Assembly (NCBI GenBank): GCA_028534125.1
Contig: CM052816.1
Location: 39,186,001 to 39,250,000 of the forward strand
Length of the DNA stretch: 64,000 bases
Reading direction: 5' to 3'
Source: Lama glama
Lineage: Eukaryota
Both the position numbers and the translations under genes were made by a program. How positions within the stretch are numbered: the first letter of the stretch is position 1; every line of letters begins with the position of its first letter. Positions 26,801-37,085 of the stretch are shown here, piece by piece. A model generated the notes under the pieces. That model searched no databases. It was not told where the DNA came from and worked only from the letters and a program-made list of their open reading frames with translations.

Positions 26801-27366
26801 CTCCAATTATTTATAAAGGATTTTCTTTATTTTGAGCTCACATTTTCCTTCTAAAGATCCTTATACTAATCTCAAGAATCATAAAAAAATAAGTATGATT
26901 TCTGTTTCAAATGATGCCCTCACTCAAATATTTTATGACAGCTCTCTTTTCACCCCTATATTGTTCCTTCAGGATACACTTTCCTAGTTCCTTCAACTAA
27001 TTATAATGTGAAAAAATTCAGATTTTCTTTCCATCTTAGTTATATTATCCTTAGGCCTGTGCCCATTAGTCAGTGGCTCTCCTGGTGCAACAATTAAGAC
27101 TGAGCACGATTATTTCAGGATAGTCTGAATGGTGCAGAGAGAAAATCTTAAATTAACCTGGATTTCATACTTCAGTTAATGTCTCAAATTCATACACATT
27201 CGATCCATATTTTAACTAGTTGATGTTCAGTCATATCTTTGTTATTTTGCCATTTTGATATAAGTTGGTTTTTAGAATTTTTTTAAACCCGTGTCATCTT
27301 GTTAGATATGGATCATGGTTTTAGTCTGTGGATCCTGATGCTGTTACACAAAGTACTCGTAATATT

Positions 27367-27765
27367 TGTGGCAGATACAATGCTGTATTTACCAGATTGT
27401 TTTATTTTCCTCCTGGGCATGCAGCACAACTACATACTGTGCTCCCCTTGCATCTAGGCATAGGATCGGGTTTTTGTCAGTAAGATGTAGGCAGAAGTGC
27501 CCTTAGATCTGTTTCGGTGCTGGCCAGAAACATGCAGTGTAAAGGTTTGCACTCTCTCCCCAACTGACTTGCTGCAAGACAAGACCTCATAGAGAACTAG
27601 AAAGTGGGAGGAACTTGGATCCCTGAGTTCATCATTTGAAGGAGAACATTCCAGCACAGCCTCCTGAAAAGGAAAATCCACATTGAACCTTCCATGAGCC
27701 AGAAACAAATTGTTATTTATTGCTTTAAGCTCATGGAATTCTTTGATAGCCTACCCTAACAAATG
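27367..27765 (+). mobile_element. Old MaLR LTR (MLT1J-like)
   Basis: tgtggcaga..ggatccctgagt..atgagccagaaacaaat..tttaagct..agcctaccctaac. Confidence 0.6.
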
Positions 27766-27974
27766 TTCTCAGCCTCTATTAAAATTCTCTATATTGACGT
27801 TAGTCTGTTATTCAGTTACTGTTTTGGTATAGTCACTCACTCAAAAAGGACTGTACCACCTCAGCAATGCAAAGAGTACTAACTGAACTGTCATTTACCC
27901 CACAGTTACCATATCCTCGTGAATATAAGATATGTTTTGGTAGATGCTACGGTGAAATTTCGATAAATGGTGAG

Positions 27975-29991
27975 TAATGCTGGCATCATAGAATAAGTTG
28001 GGATGTATTCCCTTATCTTTGATTTTTGAAAGTTTTGCCTAGAATTGGAATTAGTTCTCTCCTAAATGCTCAGTAGAATTCACCACCAAAGTCAGAGGGC
28101 CTGAAGTTTTCTTTGTGGGAAGATTTGAAACCACAAATGCAGTTTCTTCAATAGACTTAGGCTTGTTTGGATGATCATCACTTCTTAAGAGTTCTTTTGT
28201 AATCTGACTTACCAGATTATGTTCATTTCATCCAAACTGTCAAACTTACAGGCATAAAGTTATTTATAACTATACCTTTAGTATCTGTAGAATCTGTAAT
28301 ATCACCTCTCTTGTTCCAGATATTGGCGATGTGTGCCTTTCCTCTGGTCAGTCTAGCTAGAGATTTATCAATTTTCTTTATCTTCTAAAAGAAGTCAGTT
28401 TGGGTTTTATTGATTTCTCTATTGTTTTCATGTTTTCTGTATCATTAATTTCTTCTCTGGTCTTTATTATTTCCTTTATTTGTTTACTTTGGGTTTAATT
28501 TGTTCTTTATTTTTCAGTTTCTTATGGTAGAATTTGAATTCATTTGAGAACTTTCTTCTTTTAAATACAGGAGTATTATAAGCATTGCTTTAGTGTCATC
28601 CTGCAAATTCTGATTTTTTTTTACTTTCATTTAGTTCAAAACACTTTCTAATTTTCCTTTTGACTTTGTTTTTGATCTGTGGGTTATTTAAGGTGTGTTA
28701 CTTGGTTTTCACACATTTAGAGATTTTCCAGGTATCTTTGTTAGTGATTTCTAATTTAATTCCATCGTGATCAGAAACATACTTCGTATGACTTGGATCC
28801 TTTAACAATTAATGACACTTTTTTCATGGCTCAGGATCTGGTCTATCTTGATAAATGTTCCATGTGCACTTTGAAAGACTGTAGACTACCACAATTAGAG
28901 GGAAGTTCTATAAATGTCAGTTAGGTCAAGTTTGTTGATAGTGTTATTTGAGTCTGCTATACTCTTGATTTTTCTATTTATTTGTTCTACAAATTATTGA
29001 GAACAAGTATGAAAACCTCTGAGCATAACTGTGGATATGCCTTTTTTCCTTGCAGTTCTATGACTTTTTGTTTCATGCTTTTAGACACTATTTTTAAGTG
29101 CATAATTGTTTGGGATTCTTAAATACTCTGGATGAATTTAACCCCTTTATCACTAAGAAATAATCTTCTTTATCTCAGATGTCCTTTTTTTGAAGCCTAT
29201 TTGGACTGTTACTAATGTAGCCAGTCTAGCTTTTTTTTTGATTAGTATAGGCATATCATTTTCAATCTTCTACTTTTAGCCCATTAGCATTTATATTTAA
29301 ACCAGGTTTCTTGTAGGCAGTATTTAATTGGTTCTTGCCTTTTGCATCAGACCTGATTATCTTTTCCTTTTAATTGTAATGTTTCCCTATTTATATTTAG
29401 TGTGATGATTAATATAGTTTGGTGTAAATCATCACCTTGTTACTTGTTTTCTTTTTTGTCTTACCCATTGTTATTCCCTTTCTTCTCTTTTTCTGCCTCC
29501 TTTTGGATTAATTGAATATTTTTTATGATTCCACTTTTTTTTCTTGGCTTTTTTTAAATTGTTGTTGCTGTTTTAGAGGCTGCTCTAGGGCTCATGGTAT
29601 GTCACCATCAGATTCTATTTTTGACATGTTATCACTTCACATACAAGCCATTTACAATAGCACTTCCATTTCTCTTTACCTGGCCTTTCCATTATTGTTG
29701 GCATACATTTTGCCTTTATATAACTTATGAATCCTACAATATTTCTTTATTTTTGTTTATACAATGAATTATCTTTTAATGAGACTGAAATAATTTTTAA
29801 AAATCGCACATATTTCTCTGTGGGTCTTAAGTTCCATCTCCTCATTTTTGGTGCTCTTTATTGCTTTATATGTCATTATTTCCACTTGGCATCACTCTTT
29901 AGTCTGAAGTACTTCTATAACTTGTGCAGGTGCTCTGGGTGATGAATTTTTTTTTTTTTTAATGTCTGAAAACTTCTTTATTTCACCTTTA
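27975..29991 (-). mobile_element. Old LINE-1 (L1M) ORF2 5' region, antisense; continues at ~30666-31085 after the LTR
   Basis: Recognisable antisense L1 ORF2 sequence (agtctagctagagatttatcaatt, tttaattccatcgtgatcaga, aatgttccatgtgcacttg). Confidence 0.8.
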
Positions 29992-30665
29992 TGTTGCCAT
30001 GTCTGAATTGGCCACTGTCCCTCTATTTCAAATGGTTCGTTCCCTGGACTAGTGAGGCAGGAAGCCCACTAAAAAGACCAGCAGGACACCCAGGCCACTA
30101 CTCTCCTGCCAGCACCATCTGGTTCCCTGACCGGGAAGCTCTATCTCACTTTTTGCCTCTGAAACGGCTTACTTACCCCTAAAATTCTGTTGGTTCCCTG
30201 AGCTTACTCCTGATTGGTTATTTCCCTCACTCCTGATTGGTTATTTCCTTCACTACTGATTGGTCCATGTACCTAACTTCTGAATGGTCCATTTGTAGTA
30301 CTTCGCTTGCATGGAGCTTACTCCTGATTGGTTATTTCTCTCACTCCTGATTGGTCTGTTTCCCTCACTCCTGATTGGTTATTTCTCTCCCTCCTGATTG
30401 GTCTATTTCTACAAAGCTTGTTCCTAGTTGGTCAACTTCTGTTATACTTTATTTGCATATGATGTTGCAAAGTGTAAATGGGCAGTTTATAAAGTCCTGT
30501 GTAAACCTACAGATGGGGTCCAGAGCTTGGAGTATTAACTCCTCTGGGCCCGCTGGAGAACCTGAGTTCTCCAACTCTCCAAGTGCTGCTTGGTCTCTCC
30601 CTGGGGTCCAGGTTGCTGTCACTACTGAGCTGTAACACCGAGCTATAACATATTTTTCCACAACA
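29992..30665 (+). mobile_element. ERV solo LTR with a tandem CCAAT-repeat U3
   Basis: TGTTG...CAACA inverted termini, 674 bp, interrupting an L1. Seven CTGATTGG at 30210-30401, ATTTGCAT at 30451-58, TATAAA at 30488-93. Confidence 0.88.
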
Positions 30666-33600
30666 CTAGGATAGTTTCTTCATACACATGTGCTATCTGT
30701 ATTCTGCTGAATACAAGAGGGGATCCTCTGCACATCAACTCTGTCCAGCTTTCTCCTGCCCAGTGCTCTGTCCTGCACATTCTAGCCATCTTGTACTTTC
30801 AGCTTCGTCTCCTCCACTCAGAGTCTGCTAGGTTTTCTATGGATCTCACATCCTGCCCCATTCTATCCACACCATCACTTGAAAACTCTCTCAAGGCAGT
30901 GAACTCTTCACCTTGTTTGTTTCCCATCTCTTAGAGATGACTGTCCTTCATCACCTGATATCCAGTGTCTTGAAAAATCTTTTTTCCTTTATATGTTTTT
31001 TTTTTCTTTTGCGTGTTTCAAATCGAGGTTAAATCCAGCCTCTGTTATTTCATCCTGGTTGGAAGTGAAAGCCCCTTCATTGGCTGTTCTTTTAATGCCA
31101 GTTTTTTATATATATTTTTTTTTACATTTACAAAAATTGTCTTTGTTTTACCACTGCCTCATAAGTTTTTACTTCTTACAGTCCTTCAGTACTATTTTCT
31201 TTTTCTAGTCCAGCAAAGTTTCATCTCCCCTGTTAAGCTGGGGTATGGAGATCCTTGTCCCTCCTCTTCAGTCAGAGGAGACAGCTGACATTGTGAATTT
31301 TCTGATACTCATTTAAGCAATTCTCTATTTTCATATCTCTTTTGTAAAGCATGAAATCTTTGTCCTTGTCCTATAGGAGCAAGCTCTGAGAGTTTTCACA
31401 AGTTGTAAAGTAGAAATGTAAGAGGTTTTTTGTTTTTGTTTTTGTTTTGTTTTATCTATGTCTACTGCCTTGAACTCTGTTCATTAAAGCTCTTGTATTT
31501 ACAAGTAAATAATTTTGCTAATTAATAGTAACCTGCTAGCTCACTCAACTTCACAGTAGACTCCTCCCGACTCCCAGTAAATTGTGAAAAAATTACTCTA
31601 AAAGAATATATGAAAATTCCTCACTCGTCACTATCAATTTATCTGTTATTTGCCTGTTTTCTACTTCTGATGTCATTGAGTTTGGGGTGTATTTGACAGT
31701 AATCTTGCTAGAAGGAGGCTTCTGGAACAAATGATATCTTGGTGTCTCATAGTTTCATAAATCTAAATTTTAACAGCCTTCATGATCTTCTTTCCGTTGT
31801 TAAGCAACAGATAGTGGTTAAATTGTGGGTGTGATGGGACCATCAATAGTGGCAGTATGGCTGTTCCTCTATTCAGTAAGGATAGCACTTTGTCATGACG
31901 ACGACAATGTGATGAGGTATATCCTACAGAATCATAGCATGCTGAAGACTGTTTCCAGGCATCAAAATCAGATCTTGAGTAGAACAGAAATATGTTTTAG
32001 AAATAATCCTAATTACTAACTTACAGTAGGATAATTTCTCCTAACTTAAGGCATTTATTGATATATAAATCCAATTATACTTTCTTCACTAGATCTAATG
32101 TGAGATTTGTATTGTAAGTAGCTTTTATAGAGTTTACGGTGTTTTGAGTAATTATAGTAATAATCATGTAACAGTGAAAAACTTAACTTGATACTATATA
32201 ATGTATTTTACGCTGGTAGTTTATTTTTCTATTTCTACTAAGTTAGCTTTCTTATGGGATTATTGTATTAAATGTTTACAGTTTTTTAAAATTATAATCA
32301 GTCATATTTATGGATGTCTCTCTTGATTTATGATTAGTATTACTAAAAGAAAAATACAGCTACATTTCTTCTCAATATAAATATATTTTTCTGTGAAACT
32401 GCAATTTAAAGTAGTATTAAAAATCTAGGTCAGCATTAAATTTTTTTCTTAGATATAATTTGTTATTTTTCAATGTACATTTTGTAGAGCATTTAAAATG
32501 GACAAGATAAAGGAAGAATACTAGAAAGATCACTTAGATTCACTTCATTGCTTTTATGTTTTTATTTAGTTAATATAAGACTAGCGGTGTTAATAGATCT
32601 TTAATGCTGGGATTTTAAATTACCTCAGCAATATTTGCATCTGACCATCTTTCTATTCAGAAACTTTCAACTTAATATTCTATGAGCTGTGTTATACTGC
32701 TAAAGGTTTCACATCCAATCTGAAACTGGAAGGAAACTAATAAAGTATTAAGACCAAACAGAAAGGAATATGATAAAGTACTCAAGATAGGCATATAAAT
32801 ACATTTTCATCCAATAGGCATATCTACGTGGAAGGCAAAAATATAATCATTAGTTTGGTTTCAAGTGTGGAATCAGAGCAAGGGGAGTTAGTGGGATAAT
32901 TCTAAAACCTTCTGTTATTAAGCCACCTTACCTTGGTTGATCCAGTTCCTGATAGGGAAGACTTCCTTCACAGCCCAGAAAGTGACAGCCATAGACAAGG
33001 ACATCTGCTCCTATGTATACTGGTGGAGTTTTACTTTAACCTTCTCCACCCTTTAAAATATAGGAAATAAAATTTGCTGAAAGAATAGGGATTTATTAAT
33101 TACCCTCTGAAATTTAAGGTGGTATTCTGACTATGCTCACTAGATTCACCGTAGTTTGACCAGGATTTTAAAATGACAGTTTTTCCACAGAATTATCCGA
33201 GACAAGACTTATGAAATTGTTTTGTTTTTTGTCTTTGTTGCAAACCTGAACCTCCTCCCTTCTATCATTGCAGCATAAAGTATGTAAGCAAACAGGAAAG
33301 CGGTGTTGATAACACTTTCAGGAAGAGCAAGTATTTAAGATGAAGCAACAGCACGTTTGCGAATCTTTCAACAAAGTTCTACTCTAACACTGCAAGAGTG
33401 GAGATTTCTCCTTAAACAGTATGTATTTAAGGGCATGACAATCATGCTACTTTGATTTTGATAATAAAGTTTGAATTTGTTCATTCAAAGCTGCAAAATA
33501 GTCTTCAGCCATGACTGTATGTACATCTCATCAAACTTTGCTGATTGATTGAATTCGTATTTCATAGATAAAATGGTGCTCATTTCTATTTACACCTTTA

Positions 33601-33864
33601 AACACCACTTTTTGTTGAAAGTTTTTTCAATAGAAAGCCTCAGAGGATTACAAACCAAGTCTAATTTGAATATCTTCAAAATCTGAGGAATTCAGAGCAG
33701 AATCAGTCTTCTAAATCTCATAAGCATGAGGTAAATATGAGTCTTGATTTCTCAGAATTGCTATGCAATAATTCTAACCCCAGACAGGCTGTAGCAATTA
33801 AAAGAGAGAAAATGCAAAGTCCAAGGAAGATTATCTCCAAGGAAGATATCTACGTGAGAGAACT

Positions 33865-34040
33865 AAGTTCAAATCCTTAATAAGTGGTTGGCCATTTACT
33901 AGCTATGTGACTTTGGAAGAGTATCTAATCTTGTGTGGAATGTAATTTCTTTAATATGTAAAATGTAGATAATAATAGATACTGCTCTTGTAAAGATTAA
34001 TAATGAGATATACAACACACATTTTATGCATGTTAGTTCC
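33865..34040 (+). mobile_element. MIR SINE
   Basis: gttcaaatcc..ccatttactagctatgtgactttgg..tgtaaaatg. Confidence 0.7.
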
Positions 34041-35009
34041 TAATTCTACTCTTTCCCTAAGTTCTAGGCCAGTCTAGACCTTTTTGACTGTGAAGGAATA
34101 AAGAACAGGATATATGTCTGTTCAAAGTAAGATAACTATTTTATATCTCAATCCTTCAACTCAGTAAATTAGGCAGATATAAACGAAACAAAATTTTCAC
34201 AAAATGGTACTTATGTGTCATGCACTGTGTATTTTCTTTCTTCTGAATTCTAATTTATTTCATTAACAAGGAATAGTGTTTGAAAAAAAGTCCTCTAGGC
34301 CACTTTAAATGAGCCTACTGTCTACAATTGAAATAAATAGAAACACCTTGTTTCAGGATGAGAGGTAAAACCTTTCCATCACTGTATTCTTTTTTCTGGG
34401 TTTAAGGCTACACTTGGATATGACCGTAATATGCTACCAATCATTGCTATTTGAGAGGTATTAGCACTGAATCTAGAAGTAGCTTCTTGGGCAGGCGATC
34501 AGCCAGGTGTTAAATGAGGATAGGAAGACTTGAAAACTCTCTCTAGAACCTGACAGCATGATTAATTCATATTTAGTGAAGTATTCTAACTTTCGATGAA
34601 AGGGCCCTTATAAATGAATAATAGTACTAGTGTATTGAAAATGATATCATATAGCAATAGAATATCCAGTAACATCTGAAACCTGTATTAACTTTGCAAA
34701 AGGTAGCCTAGACATATTGTTTGAGATGTTTTATAACCAATAATTAGATTTGAGGAAGTGGGTTCCCTAACAATCTGCAGTCTTACGAAGCGTAACAGCT
34801 TTGTCTATGTAGCCCTGATTACATAGTGAAAAGAAAATATGTGTGGTTTTTATTATGTTCCCTATTAGGAATAAACATTTCATTTAGGGAAAGATAAATA
34901 TTCTGAGATTGTGATGTATAGTTTTTAAAATGTCTTTATTTAAACTATATTACTTTGGGATGCATTAGTATATCTTCAGAAGGGGAGAGAGAATGGGTCG
35001 TTTGAAAAT

Positions 35010-35528
35010 CTAATCATATCATGATTATGTCACTCCTCAGCTCCAAATCTTAGTATTTTAATCACCATAAAAACCAAAGTCCTTATAATGGCCTACAGGG
35101 TCTGGCCCCAATCACTTATTCCCTACCCCAGACATACCCCTTTACCTTACTTCAACCCTTACCCCTCTCTAACCGGCTCATTCCACCCCAGCCATTCTAT
35201 TTCCTCAACACAGCAGGCTTCCTTCGTGTCTTTGCTCAAAGGTCACCTTTTCACTGAGGCTTCCCCTGACCACCCTAGTTAAAATTGCATCAAATTCTTC
35301 CCTTTCCCCCAGCACACACATTTTCTAGCCTGTCCTTGCTTACTTTTCTCTATAGCATTTGTAGTGATGTACTATACGTATTTAGTATTTATTGTCTGTC
35401 TCCCATTAGAATGTAAGCACCATAAAGGTAGGGGTACTGGTCAGTTTTTGTGCTCTCTTGAACCCCCGGAGCTTAGAACAGTGTTTGGCACCCAGGAAAC
35501 AAATATATTTTGATGAATGAATGAATGT
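35010..35528 (+). mobile_element. LINE-2 3' end
   Basis: atgtcactcctcagctc..ctcaaaggtcacctt..ccattagaatgtaagc..ttagaacagtgtttggcac..tgaatgaatgaat tail. Confidence 0.88.
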
Positions 35529-36039
35529 ATTGTAAACACAATTAGCATAGTGATGTTGAGTTCTTCAAAGGGGTTTTCTTATTTATTCCACAGGTAGAAA
35601 TTATTTACACGATTATTAGCGTTGTTAATTTTAGGTATGCAATGTACACCAAAAAGAATATTACACATAAATGGTTTTAAAGTTCCTTAATTTCTATTCC
35701 TTCAGTTTTGGGGAAGTGGACGCTAACAGGTGGTTATGCTGTGATGTCCATGGCTGTGGTGATGACGGGGGGGGGGGATTTCCGTTTCTAGGGAGGAAGA
35801 TAGGTAGAAGTCTTACGATGACGCTCGTGGAATCCAGTCCAAAGTACTGTATCTGAGGCTGCTTGATTCTTGGAGTCCAGACCTAGCCTGGTTTGATAGG
35901 TAGCAGAGGAAGAAAACAGCTGGATTTTTTTTTTTAACCGATCTCCTGATGTAACTGTGTTTACAGCTTTCCTGGCAGCACCCAGGGGGAGCTTTAGTGT
36001 CACCACTGAACCCCTGGTTCTCAGTCCCTGGGCTCTGGG

Positions 36040-37085
36040 AAGGAGTGTGTGGGTCTGAGGGCCCTCTCCCCATCACCTCGTGGCAGCTGGGCCGCGCGGC
36101 CACGCCGCTCTTTCCGGTTGGCCCCGGCGACGACAGGTGAGGCGCGGCAGAGCGCCGGCTGCACAGCCTGCGGGGCCAGGCGCCCGCGCTCTGCGCCGCC
36201 GGCGGCCGCGAGCTGGAGGAGGAGAGTCCCAGCGGCGGCGGCGAGAGCCCCTGAAGAGGGACGACAGGCAGGCGGGAAGTCTTCCCGCACGGGGGCGCTG
36301 CCACCTGCTCAGAGGAGGAGCCAGAGCGGGACCCGGTTTATCGCTGCTCCGACGCTCTGGAGTCGGGAGAACCCATCCGGATCATGAAGGGCTGCAGAGG
36401 TATCGAGAACCCGGCTTTCGTCGCCTCCAGTCCAGACACCCCGCGCCGTTTGTGTGCATCGCCCTCTAACGTCGAGGTCTCTGTCTTGTCCACCAATACC
36501 CGGAGAAAGGATTCGCAGCCACAGGAGCCTCAGGAGCCCCAGAAGTCCCCGGAGCCACCTCTGTCTTCAGTAACTCCCGCTGGCTCCCAGGAGCGGCCCC
36601 GGCCAGAGTCCCTGTCCGAGTTTGAGGAGGGGCCCTGCGGGTGGGGGACCTTCCAACCTCAATGCCTCCAGCGCTGCAACACGCCCCAGGGCTTTCTGTT
36701 TCACTACTGCCTCTTGGCCCTTACGCAAGGTAAGGTCCAGCGCGGGCTCGCGAGGGCGGTGGGCGAGCGGAGCGCGAGGAGGCGCGTCGGGAGCCGGCGG
36801 GGCGGAGCGGGCAGGGGCGCCTGTGGTCGACGCGCTGAGGCGGTCTTGCGCGGTCTTGCGCGGTCTTGAGACTCGCAAGCGCTCGCACCGACGTCAACCA
36901 ACTAGGTTCAGGCTCCCACATTTTAGCTTTTCTTTTATCGCAGCATTTAAAACTTGCCATACAAGCTTTTTCTCTTTAGTGTTCTACCTCAGTCTAGCAG
37001 ATTAACTTTATGCAAAGAAGATGGAATTTACTGGAGCCTTCCCTCGGGAACCGTTTGCTCAGGGGGCGCGGCGGAGGGAATCCAC
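36040..37085 (+). promoter_or_regulatory. SLCO4C1: CpG island / SLCO4C1 promoter, 5'UTR and start of intron 1
   Basis: The only CpG-dense, GC-rich block in the window, spanning the ATG. Contains an ETS-like ttccgg (36112-17), a GC box GGGGCGGAGC (36799-808) and a CRE-like cgacgtca (36889-96); no TATA box evident. Confidence 0.92.
36384..36729 (+). CDS. SLCO4C1: SLCO4C1 (OATP4C1) coding exon 1
   Basis: ATG with A at -3. MKGCRGIENPAFVASSPD...EFEEGPCGWGTFQPQCLQRCNTPQGFLFHYCLLALTQ matches the OATP4C1 N-terminus. Donor G|GTAAGG at 36730; 346 nt (phase 1). Confidence 0.96.

Noticed and set aside
30205..30405. CRISPR-like repeat array
   Set aside because: Mammalian DNA; the units are tandem without unique spacers and lie within an LTR U3.
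36730..36869. C-terminal extension of the 161-aa ORF
   Set aside because: Read-through past a canonical splice donor into intron 1.
35813..37005. Multiple overlapping Arg/Ala/Pro-rich ORFs on both strands
   Set aside because: Expected from stop-codon scarcity in a CpG island. Only the frame from ATG 36384 is OATP-like, and I see no upstream ATG in the GC-rich 5' region.
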